Shown piece by piece: positions 13,701 to 25,910 of a stretch of DNA of 64,000 bases. The notes under the pieces were generated by a model, which searched no databases, was not told the origin of the DNA, and saw nothing but the letters and a program-made list of their open reading frames with translations. Position 1 is the first letter of the stretch. Each line of letters opens with the position of its first letter. This DNA comes from Magallana gigas. Its lineage: Eukaryota. The translations under genes were made by a program, and so were the position numbers. Location of the stretch: the NCBI RefSeq assembly GCF_963853765.1, contig NC_088854.1, positions 15,066,001 through 15,130,000 of the forward strand, given 5' to 3'.

Positions 13701-14242
13701 TTTTCAAATGGAAAAAAAAATATGCAAGAATATTTTAGAAGGAAAAATCCCTCTTTTATACATAAATGTAAAATTACTTCCAAAAGCTGTTTCTGTAAAT
13801 GAAAAAAAATAATTCTTGAAATAAAAAAGAAACCTTGTAGTAACAAATTTTGAAATGAAGCCATCATATGTTATATTCTTCATCTCTTCACCAAATAATG
13901 TCAGGAATGTATATGTTACCTGCTGCAAGTAAATGTATGTAAATTTCAATTTCATCTCATTTCACATCCAAAACTAATTTTTTTCAACCAAACATCTTTA
14001 CATGAAAAAAAGAGATACAAGTCACTTTTAGAAGTTTGGCTTCTCTAAGTAATTTCAGTTTTAAAATATTTTTTTCTTTTTTATTTTTGTGTATCATATC
14101 ATCTACCTTTTACATAGATTTCAAATAGAACAGACAATATTTAATAAGTTCGAAATATTTTTGGTGTTGAGTGCAACTTAAGAAAATCTCTTCCATGTAG
14201 TTTCTCAACTTTGAGTATATCAACTGCCATATTGATGGTATC

Positions 14243-15762
14243 CTAGGCAACGGACAATTGGACCTCCAGACAGGCCGCCACTTTCCCGTCCTTGTCAGTC
14301 ACCGTACCAGTGACCTCGTAGTCTCCCGATGGAAATGCTTCCGCCCCAATGTCCTGGCTCATACTTGGTAAGGTATACTTGCCCTATATTAAAAAAATAC
14401 ACATTAAATCAAATAAAGAAGAAGAAAAAATATCTTCAATTGGTAAATTTGATTTGAAGAAATATAAATACAATGCCTGAAATTAACTGAGAAAGATTAT
14501 TGGATCATTATTTTTCTACTATCAAAATAAATGAAATTTATAGAGTACAGGTACACATGTAATGTCTTTATTTAAATCATGCCTATGATGATCAGTTACC
14601 GTAGGGACACAATCCAAACTTACTGCTTTAATGGGACATTTACAATCAATGCCGATAGCAGTGAGCTGAGGGGGACACTGGGTAACCTGCTCCAGCAACT
14701 GACAAATATCACCATAACTGCATGAACCGATCTGGTCGATGCATGGAAGTGGAACCCAAATTCCAGCAGCTTTCTTCTTCAGTTCTATTTTAGCCTGCAA
14801 AATTACCTTAATTCCATTTATTTACAATGATACATGTATTGTTTTTTCAATGCACTAAACCTTGGATATTCTTTTATATCCCTCATGCTACCAGTATGAA
14901 ATAAGTCTACTGTACAGTATCTTTAATATAAATTGTTTCCTCACTCTTCATTTTTATTGCAGATTGCAAGATACAAAATTCAAAATGAATTATAAATATT
15001 TACATTGAGGGGAGCTGAGAGAGTGGTGTTGAGGGCAGCACTAGCGCTGAAAGTGATGGTTCCAGGGAACTGGAGGGGGTCAGGCTGCACTGACAGGCTT
15101 CTTACATCTATCATTCCTCCACAGTTCTTGAAGGAGAAAGCTGTCAACCTCTTGCTGTGGTCCAAACCCTAAAATAATTCAAATCAAAAATAGAATACAA
15201 ATGCATGTACATGTACCCGCAGTTACATATTTCAAAACTCTTTAGACAACCATTTTTTTTTTGTCAAATAAGTCGCGGTGCTGTAGAAATCAATAAAATA
15301 GAAATCAAAGGGATAATTTTTTGGTTTGAATTATAGATGATTCTGTTGTTCTTTCGTTAACTCCATTTCATCTCGTCGTGACCGACATGTGCATGTTGCA
15401 TAGTAGGCTAATCAGCTCCAAAGCGCTGTCCATTATCATTTTTTTTAAATGCAAAAAGCAACAACAACAAAAACCACAACTATATAAATGAATGATTTCA
15501 TTCGGCCCTACATTGCATTGACACACATGTATTTGTATATCCCTAAAATCATTTATATTTGCATGTATAAACAGATAACACAAATTACCGCTTTCTGAAA
15601 GAACTCCAGTGTCTTGAAACGCTCTGGTAAGAAAGGCTTCTTCAGAAAGTTGATGAATTCATACACGTCATCTTCGTAATGTTTGGTAAACTTTAGGTAC
15701 TCTGCTTGGGTAATGGAAAATGCACAAAGCAAAGCTGACAGGGTAACAAAAATCCGCTCCAT
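14243..15762 (-). CDS. GM2A: GM2 activator-like ML-domain protein, paralog C (about 216 aa)
   Basis: Exons 15762-15589, 15168-15004, 14794-14624, 14383-14243, all phase 0. FSFKNC, VQPDPLQFPG, GIWVPLPCIDQIGSCSYGDIC, DCKCPI, SGDY..AACL. Confidence 0.9.
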
Positions 15763-17753
15763 TCTTAAGTGACTTAACTGTTCAAAGCTGCACAAAGTTA
15801 TCTTGCCGGGATCACAAGACAAATCACATGACAACAACAGGAAATAAAATAGGGCGCGTTTGATTGAATTGCAACTTCTCGGGCGTTTGGTGTTCTTTGT
15901 GGTCTATGAACGACAACTCTGTGTGTTCTACATGTGTACATATGTGGATGAATACCCCCCCCCCCCCCCACTCCAAATTAAAATAGATACAGGCCTTTAG
16001 CCTTAAGGTATGGAAATTATTATGCTCTGTCTTCATTTTTCATCTCAAACATTAAATTCTGGACCAAAACTGTAAAAGATACAAACTTCTTGTGCCTCTT
16101 CACATTATATGTTTACAACCATCCATTTCAAATTGTACAAAGGACAGTGTCTATCTATAAGAAAGGTTGAAAATCGAACAAATCGATGGTGAGAAAATGA
16201 TTTCGATGTGCCAGCATTTAAAAAATAAAGGAGATAGGTAAAACGAAATGATATGCTTTTAATACTCAAATTGTTTTAATGAAATAGATTTATCTGATAC
16301 ATGTATAAATATTTGACGAAAAAGTCACAAACTTGTACTGGGTGGGTGTTGACAAGATTGACATTTGTACGTACGTCCCTGATTGAACAAACCATGTAGG
16401 CCTAGGCCTATATACAAACTGTGTACGGCATAAAAATGTATATATGCACTCGAGAATTATTTTAATTCGAAGATAGGCGCCGTATGAGTAAATACCATTA
16501 GTAGCAATAGTACATGGCTATTGGGGGGGGGGGGGGGGGGGTTAATAAAAATTGATATAAAATGAAATACATAGTCGGTATCAAGCGTAATTTTTCGCCC
16601 CATACAAAACGTACATATATTTTTTGGTGCAATAAAATCTGAAATGGTCTTATCTAATGTTGATATTCTGAGTAGTATCCAGTTTTAATTTTACCAAAGT
16701 ATGTTGTATATGAAGAAAAAAATCTTGTCAATTTCACGATTAGGCAAAGATTTGTATTATCTGTTTATTGAGAGAACATTTATTGGTGAATTCAAAAAGG
16801 GGGTCGCCCCTTAAAATTCTTCTTTTGTGATCAAAATTTTGAAGAAGAAAAACCCCCAGATTAGCACAACTACAGAAAAATCAGTTTTCGCTGTTATTTA
16901 TTGATCTAATAATCTGTCGATCAAGTAATACATATCTGTAGCGAGAATAGCAAAAAAACTCATAACATGTGAGTGTCTAAATACTTTTGATCTTTAAATG
17001 CAATGCATCAATGGTAATGCACGCACAGTCGGGGGGGGGGGGGGGGGGGAGGGTGTGTGACAAGAACTTCCTTATCATTTACCTATAGTGACAATGATTT
17101 AAAAACAAATAATATATGTATAAACATGTAAAGACAAGTATCTCCGGTAATTCATCACAATAGTTTATTCTTCCAATAAAAAAAAACAATAATTAAATTC
17201 AATCGAGTTCATTGATGAAGTGCAAAGTCATCTGATGGAAAGATCAACGTTTTGTAATAGACGATTATTTGTGACCAAAACTCTGTATGACCCCACCCCA
17301 CCCCCCCCCCCCTCCACTCCCCCCTGCTGCAATTGGAGCATTCGTTCAACTAAAGGGTTAACTGTCTATAAATACAATACACTGTTTTTCGATGCGATTT
17401 AAAAATATCATTGTTGAATTACGTCCTTGATTGTCTTTTAAGATCGTCGGGGAAAGACCCTATAATAGAATGAACTCTTGCCCGTAATAACGGACGGCAC
17501 TTCTGATCGATAAGCTCTAAATACTCAGCAATAGATGCAGAAATCGGCTTATTCTGTGTATATAAACGTCACGAGTTTAAAAGACCATGTTTCAAAACAA
17601 TTTTAGAGCGTTAGTGTACGGAGATCCGGAACCTAGTTGCATTATATTCATGTACTATCAAGCCGCCATGGAATACACGTTCTGACAGGTACATATGTAC
17701 TAGCTTAAGGTAAGCACAATTACTGACATAAATCGTACTACCCTTCTTCTTTG

Positions 17754-17792
17754 TATATATATATATATATATCTCTCTCTTTCTCTCTCTCT
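17754..17792. repeat. Compound (TA)n/(TC)n microsatellite
   Basis: Visible directly in the sequence. Confidence 0.9.
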
Positions 17793-18570
17793 TTCACTTT
17801 CTCCATCTCTCATAATTTTTTGTACTATTTGTTCTATTATTAGAACATTATTAGCCATTACTGAAGAAATAAACAAAAACTGATGCACGTCTATCAAAGA
17901 ATCGATATTTCACACAATTCGCAGTGAAGGAAAAAAATGGCGGAGATGGTAGATGAAACAAAGAGGATACAAATCAATATATTAACAAATGTATATAATA
18001 AGGAAGTTTGTTGTTATTTTTAGAATATGCCAGTATATTTTTATATATGTTTTTTTAGGAAGTACAACTTTGGGGGCAAAACAGCCCATCAGTATTCAAT
18101 AAGTATGTAATAATGATGATAATTAATTAGTACCAAATAGTCTCCTAGCTGCCCCCCCCCCTCCGGACATTTTGAGTATGACTTTGTCCAATAATTTTAA
18201 TTCAACAAACTTGTAATGTTTTTAATTTACTTCTCTCGTTGTGCAAGCAAGAAACTATCATTGAAATGTATCCTATCAAACAATGAAATTACTATCTAAA
18301 CATTGAAAAACACTTTCCCGGTAAAGAAGAAAATTAATTGCATCTTTATGTGATAAATCCGGTCCCGGGCGATGAATTACACGTACAAATTCTTGAAATA
18401 AAACAAAGCTCCTTAACATCCGTTACCAGTACAAAAAATATTTCAAGTTATTGCATAGTTTAACCAAAAAATATACACCACAGCTACTAATCAATGTCGA
18501 TATAAGGATTCGTATACATGTTCTCAAGTATGTATATAATCAAAAAAGACAATCATATATTAATTATATG

Positions 18571-18574
<4 letters not shown>

Positions 18575-18644
<70 letters not shown>
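18575..18644. repeat. (AT)n microsatellite, about 35 units
   Basis: Uninterrupted AT dinucleotide run. Confidence 0.95.
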
Positions 18645-18646
<2 letters not shown>

Positions 18647-18902
18647 AACTTCCCGTTTAGTAAAATCCGTTTCAGAAAAAAGAATAATACATAACTCTTT
18701 TTAACGATAACGCATGTTAACAAAAAGGCATATATTCTATTGTTTTCATTCACATAATTACTTTAATTAGTTTGAAAATTGCTTATACCTATAGTTAAAC
18801 AACATCATGTATCCAGTAATATATATGTATATAGGGTGGGATTATTTAAAATATTGTTTATGCAGAAAAAAAGCGGTAGCGCTTGTTAATCCTTAATTAT
18901 AT

Positions 18903-19345
18903 ATTATTTTTTTTATTTATTTCAACTTTGAGCAATAAGCTCATCAGCATTAAACATAATAACATTTATAAACATATGCGAGGCACGCAAAATGCGAAGC
19001 CAGTAGGCTTCAGAGTCTCTGCAGAGCATGCACTCTCGCTATGGAGAACAACATACAGCTTTCATATATGTTTACATCATATAAGATATTGTGAGATAAT
19101 CATACAATAGATATATATAATACTGAAATTATGATTTACCAATGGTGATAGAAAAAAAATTGTATAATTTTAACTAGAGCAATGAATTTCTGAACATAGT
19201 TGCATAGTGAAGATATTTACCAAGGTTACATAACTCTTTGGTATTGTTTGAACTTAATAACTGAACAAGTTTGAACACAGATGGTTTTTTAACATAATAA
19301 TTCTTAATGTATCTTGATCTTAGTGAATTGTAAAGTGGGCATTTT
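18903..19345 (-). mobile_element. 3' end of the interrupted LINE (ORF2 C-terminus, 3' UTR, A-rich tail)
   Basis: CPLYNSLRSRYIKNYYVKKPSVFKLVQLLSSNNTKELCNLGKYL directly continues HFVLK from 23572. It is followed by a UTR with a TGAGC-TTATT-GCTCA hairpin and AATAAATAAAAAAAA. Confidence 0.85.
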
Positions 19346-22300
19346 AACCAGTTAAGAGGCCCCAAAAGGGGAAACAATATTTTTTTTAAACGTCATTATT
19401 TCAATTTAACTTATCGTAAATGGAAGATTGTTTTACAAATTTTGCTGTTTTAATGAACTGTGTATTACATAAAATATGCTACTCATTGCTCTATAAGTCA
19501 ATACACGCTTCTTTCCCGAGAAAACCTAAAGTCACTAGTTGTTTTATGATGTTTTTGATTGACACTGTAAATATAAAGTTGAGGTTTAAACCAAACTCAA
19601 TTAATCTGTGTGTGTAAAGTCGATGAAAATTACTTAAGTAATCTTTCTTCTGAATAGATTTCTTCTGGTTCTGTTCCGTTCCGCAAAATACCATTACCCG
19701 TGTGGATATTGGTATTTAACGGAACGGAACGGAATCTTTCAAATTTTTTAAATAAAGGAAAACATCATAACAACTACTAGCTGTTTGTTTATTTCTATGT
19801 TCTTTTTAGATAAATGAAGCAAATCATTTCATCAATTCAAACATCTTGCATATGTGCATATCACTCCTGTGTTGTGTACAGCTATAACTTTGATTTCATC
19901 TATGATACTACATTACTTACACGGATGATATTACTAGTTTGTTCATCAAGCTAGCAATAACGCAATGTGTATCCCATATTACGTAGAATTCTAAAATATA
20001 ACGAGCACATTCGCAAGGAAAAAGTTTAATATTCATCACTTACCTTCCGTCTGAACAATTTTCCTCTGGTTCCGTTCCGTTCCGCAAAATACCATTACCC
20101 GTGTGGATATTGGTATTTAACGGAACGGAACGGAATCTTTCAAACTTTTTAAATAATGGAAAATATCATAATAACTACTCACCGTTCCTTGAATTTTTTA
20201 TCAGGTTCTTTAAAGATGAATGAGTCTATCAATCAAATCAATTCAGTCATCTTGTGTATTTGCTGATGATTAATTTCAGCGTTTGTGTGCGTGTGCTGCA
20301 TACAACAACAACTCTGTTTTCATTTTTTTTTATCAATTTCATATCATTGTCACGGCAGAACTAACTAGTTGGTTAATTAAGCTAGCAAAAACACAATGCT
20401 TATATCAAGTAGAATTCATATTATACCAAGATCATTCGCAGCGCAGGGATAACATCGATAAAAATACTTGATAGTCTTATTTGAAATAAATTTGAATGAA
20501 TGATGATATAACAAATGTTGTTACCATACTTATAAATAATTTTCTTCTGGTTCCGTTCCGTTCCGCAAAATACCATTACCCGTGTGGATATCGGTATTTA
20601 ACGGAACGGAACGGAACCGTTTAAAAATTTTGAAATATAAAATATATCATAACAACTACTAGCTGTTTGTTTATTTCTATGTTATTTTGAGATAAATGAA
20701 GCAAACCAACAAATCATTTCATCAATTCAAACATCTTGCATATGTGCATATCACTCCTGTGTTGTGTACAGCTATAACTTTTATTTCATCTATGATACTA
20801 CATTACTTACACGGATGATATTACTAGTTTGTTCATCAAGCTAGCAATAACGCAATGTGTATCCCATATTACGTAGAATTCTAAAATATAACGAGCACAT
20901 TCGCAAGGAAAAAGTTTAATATTCATCACTTACCTTCCTTCTGAACAATTTTCTTCTGGTTCCGTTCCGTTCCGCAAAATACCATTACCCGTGTGAATAT
21001 TGGTATTTAACGGAACGGAATCTTTCAAATTTTTTATAATATGAAAAATATCATAACAAGCACGGCATTTATTCAATCTATAACGAACATTTATTTGTTA
21101 CGGGAGTTTACGGGAGATTAAACGAGTTTGTTTATCATATTAACAATATACAATGTTTACATCCAGTAGAATTTTATATTATATCAAACATATTCTGAGG
21201 GATAACATTATTTCCAAAAATAATTGATGGCTTTATTTGTAATACATTAAAATAGATATTAATATAAGAATATGGATTCCATACTTATTAATAATTTTCT
21301 CACGATTCCGTTCCGTTCCGCAAAATACCAATACCCGTGTGGATATTGGTATTTAACGGAACGGAACGGAATCTTTTTTTTTAAAGCCATCTCAGGGCTT
21401 TGTTCGTACGATCAGTTTTATAATAGAGATTAACTGCCACTGATCATGGCTAAATATACATTTACATGCTTTATATGTTAAAAATATAATGTGCACATTA
21501 AATGGATTGCATGTCACTGGATTTTCATATCCATGATACAGCAAGAGACAGATTATCATAATGTTGATTAAATGTGCTTAATCATGTGTCTCTGTATTCC
21601 GCTTGTAAGTTTGTGTTACTAATCAGTGCTAACTTAATAAGTCAGCCCACTCATAAGGCTATCAAGTATTTATTTTTAAAAATGATTATAACCCTGCAAA
21701 TGGATTTGATATAAACTTTGACTTGATGTAAACATTGTCTTTCGCTAGCTTGATTAACCAACTAGCTAATTCTTCCTAAAAAAAATCAAATAATTTATTA
21801 TATAATGAATAAATGTTGCCTTTGTAAAAATATGTTTCACATTTTAAAAAGTTTGAAAGATTCCGTTCCGTTCCGTTAAATACCAATATCCACACGGGTA
21901 ATGGTATTTTGCGGAACGGAACGGAACCAGAAGAAAATTGTTCAGACGGAAGGTAAGTGATGAATATTAAACTTTTTCCTTGCGAATGTGCTCGTTATAT
22001 TTTAGAATAATTCTACGTTATATGGGATACACATTGCGTTATAAACTAGTAATATCATCCGTGTAAGTAATGTAGTATCATAGATGAAATAAAAGTTATA
22101 GCTGTACACAACACAGGAGTGATATGCACATATGCAAGATGTTTGAATTGATGAACTGATTTGTTGGTTTGCTTCATTTATCTCAAAATAACATAGAAAT
22201 AAACAAACAGCTAGTAGTTGTTATGATATATTTTATATTTCAAAATTTTTAAACGGTTCCGTTCCGTTCCGTTAAATACCAATATCCACACGGGTAATGG

Positions 22301-23571
22301 TATTTTGCGGAACGGAACGGAACCAGAAGTAAATTATTTATAAGTATGGTAACAACATTTGTTATATCATCATTCATTCAAATTTATTTCAAATAAGACT
22401 ATCAAGTATTTTTATCGATATTATCCCTGCGCTGCGAATGATCTTGGTATAATATGAATTCTACTTGATATAAGCATTATGTTTTTGCTAGCTTAATTAA
22501 CCAACTAGTTAGTTCTGCCGTGACAATGATATGAAATTGATAAAAAAAAAACCCAAAACAGAGTTGTTGTTGTATGCAGCACACGCACACAAACGCTGAA
22601 ATTAATAATCAGCAAATACACAAGATGACTGAATTGATTTGATTGATAGACTCATTCATTCATCTTTAAAGAACCTGATAAAAAATTCAAGGAACGGTGA
22701 GTAGTTGTTATGATATTTTCCATTATATTTAAAAAGTTTGAAAGATTCCGTTCCGTTCCATTAAATACCAATATCCACACGGGTAATGGTATTTTGCGGA
22801 ACGGAACGGAACCAGAAGAAAATTGTTCAGAAGGAAGGTAAGTGATGAATATTAAACTTTTTCCTTGCGAATGTGCTCGTTATATTTTAGAATTCTACGT
22901 AATATGGGATACACATTGCGTTATTGCTAGCTTGATGAACAAACTAGTAATATCATCCGTGTAAGTAATGTAGTATCATAGATGAAATAAAAGTTATAGC
23001 TGTACACAACACAGGAGTGATATGCACATATGCAAGATGTTTGAATTGATGAAATGATTTGCTTTATTTATCTCAAAAGAACATAGAAATAAACAAACAG
23101 CTAGTAGTTGTTATGATGTTTTCCTTTATTTAAAAAGTTTGAAAGATTCCGTTCCGTTCCGTTAAATACCAATATCCACACGGGTAATGGTATTTTGCGG
23201 AACGGAACGGAACCAGAAGAAATCTATTCAGAAGAAAGATTACTTAGTAATTTTCATCGACTTTACACACACAGATTAATTGAGTTTGGTTTAAACCTCA
23301 ACTTTATATTTACAGTGTCAATCAAACATCATAAAACAACTAGTGACTTTAGGTTTTCTCGGGAAAGAAGCGTGTATTGACTTATAGAGCAATGAGTAGC
23401 ATATTTTATGTATTACACAGTTCATTAAAACAGCAAAATTTGTAAAACAATCTTCCATTTACGATAAGTTAAATTGAAATAATGACGTTTAAAAAAAATA
23501 TTGTTTCCCCTTTTGGGGCCTCTTAACTGGTTCCGTTCCGTTCCGTTCCGTTCCGCAAAGTACCAATAGCC
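19346..23571. mobile_element. Non-coding foldback-like DNA element, 4.2 kb, with inverted arms of about 1.7 kb built from TIR-bounded cassettes
   Basis: 19346-~21025 is a near-identical reverse complement of ~21860-23531. Nine copies of a ~65-bp core TTCCGTTCCGCAAAATACCATTACCC-GTGT-GGATATTGGTATTTAACGGAACGGAA (five forward, four reverse). Right terminus GGCTATTGGTACTTTGCGGAACGG (read inward). TTTT flanks both sides. Confidence 0.9.
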
Positions 23572-25910
23572 TTTTAACACAAAGTGAAAAACATCTTCAA
23601 TGTCGTTGTGATTACAAAAAATACATTTTCTTTCATTTCTGACAATGTTTTTATACCTTCCAGACTCAACTGCTAATGAATGAGATTCTAATCTATACTT
23701 TGTAATACATCTTCTAAATTTCTTAGGTATAGGTTTGAGTAAATAAGACTGCATGCAAAAATTATCTATCAAATGTGAAAAAATATAACATTTTGGAGAG
23801 TTATTGATAACAGCATACAATTCCTGACAATGAACATCTATTATTCTTTTCTTTATAATTGGAAAATGTTTTTGGAACACAAGGTATTCTTGGTGTTCCC
23901 ATAATTCACCAAGACCAATACTATACAATTATGATCTAATAAATGCTGCCCAATTGGAGCATGACCTTTTGGCTTTACAGTCTATGGTAAGATTTACATA
24001 ACGGGATTTTAATATACAGTTTGTGGTTCCAAGTAGTTTAAACCAGTACTTTATCATTCTAATAATTCTCACACACCTTAATGGGAGACATCCCAATTCA
24101 ATGTAAACCATAGCATTATTACAATATGCTTTCACTCCTAATAAACGCTTACAAAACTTCATAAAAACTTTGTCAATATCATTTGCCTTGTGTGATCCCC
24201 AGACTTCACAACCATAACATAAAATGCTTTTAACGTATGTTTCGAACAATGCCAACATTGTTTCGTTATTCAAATACAAATATTTTGTTCTAGAAAGCAT
24301 GGTATAAAGACACTTTTGTCCTTGTTCAGCCAACTTTTTTTCAGTTTCTAAGAATTTACAATTGTACTTAAATATGACACCAAGGGTAGTAAAGCTATCG
24401 ACAATATCTAGTAACTGTCCGTTGTATGTCCATTGTTCATTTGTGTGTAGTTTTCCCCCATTTCTAAAAACAACAACTTTAGTTTTTGCCACATTTACAG
24501 TAAGATGCCACTTACTAGTGTATTCATATAAAATATCTAACATTTTTGTAAACCATCTACAGATTCTGAGAAAATAACCATGTCATCTGCATATAGTAGT
24601 ACAATCTTGAATTTCCTTTGGGATAGTGTCACTACAGAAAAATTCATTTTCAAAATCATTGACATAAAGAGAAAACAAAATAGGTGAAAGAACTTCGCCT
24701 TGCATCAAACCTACATTTTTTCCAAAGTCTTCTGTAATAAAACCATTAACAAGTACTGATGCTCTGACATTAGCATACATAGATTTAATTACTGACAGCA
24801 GTTTACCACGTATTCCAAGTTTTGAAAGTTTGTACCACAAATAATACCTATCTACAGAGTCAAACGCTTTTTGATAGTCAATAAAACAACAATATAACCT
24901 TTTTCTCTGGCTTAGGGTAGAGTTAATAATTGAATACAGACTAAAAATAGCATCTGTTGTCCCTGACATGGGTTTAAAGCCAAATTGAGCATCAGATATA
25001 ACATTATTTTCACAAGACCATTTTAATAATCTAGAGTTCAGAATAGACGAGAAAATTTTTCCAAGGTTGCTGATCAGGCTGATACCGCGATAATTGTTCG
25101 GATCGGAGATGTCGCCCTTTTTATGGATCGGTACGATGAAAGCTCTGGACCACAGAGATGGGAAAAAACCATTGTTTAAAATGTTGTTGAATAAATAATG
25201 TAGAGATGGCAACAGCAGATCTATGTAATATTTAAAAGATTCATTTAACATCAAGTCGTGTTTTTGACTGCGTTTCGAATTTCCTCGAATACGATTTCTT
25301 TGTCCAGCTCTTCAAATATTGATTCTTCATCCAGTTCCGGGTACGGGTCTTCTGGTAAAGTGGTTCCCTCTAGGGTTTTGAAGTACTCAAGAAAGTTGTT
25401 AGCCGTCACAGCAGGTCTCGATGATTTGTGTTTAGGAAACGTTTTGTAAAACAGTTTTGGGTTTGATTTTCTTAGAGCACAAGGCATGTCTCCCTCCTGT
25501 TGTAAATATTGACGCTTTGCGCGGGTCTCGTACTTTTTGTAGATTTGTTTAACAGCATGGAGGTTAACCCTATTATAATCAGATTTGTTCTTATTGAATT
25601 GGGCGAGTGCACAAATATAATCTTGGTATTTTTGTTTACATGTGTTTGTGAACCAGGGTTTATCTTCTGTATAGATCCTATGGATATCTGATGCTGGAGT
25701 GTTACATCTGCGCTCGGGCGGTCTGGTTGGATGTCGGACTTTAAATTCTAGATGTGGAGTCAAAACTTTCTGTAAATCATTAGTAAAGAGTTTAACACAT
25801 AAGTCGAGATTTTCTGCCGTGTCGTAGGGACAGGAGAAGATGTGGCTGGTTATTTTGCTCAGGTTTCGCTCAAGTGCTAAACGACCCTCATGAATCTTTT
25901 CACTGTTCCA
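23572..25910 (-). mobile_element. 5'-truncated, decayed non-LTR retrotransposon (CR1/L2-group-like) ORF2 with RT domain
   Basis: RT motifs YRGISL, QFGF, FIDYQKAFDSV, GLMQGEVLSPILFSLYVND, LLYADD, and C-terminal CIFC..EDVFHFVLK. Frameshifts near 25254 and 24600 and an in-frame TAA at 23929-23931. No endonuclease domain was recognised. Confidence 0.9.

Noticed and set aside
12207-17049. Long poly-G/poly-C runs (for example near 12207, 16524 and 17031) as G-quadruplex elements
   Set aside because: Such homopolymers recur throughout the window, mostly within repeat remnants, and their lengths are unreliable in assemblies.
18451-18753. ORFs with (YI)n repeats
   Set aside because: They are translations of the (AT)n microsatellite.
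19669-23215. CRISPR-like array (conserved palindromic repeats separated by variable spacers)
   Set aside because: The context is eukaryotic with no cas genes. The spacers are 280-420 bp, homologous to each other and mirrored in inverted arms, which fits a transposon-end array instead.
23425-23571. Apparent C-terminal extension GYWYFAERNGTERNQLRGPK of the LINE ORF
   Set aside because: It is read-through into the foldback terminus, not LINE protein.
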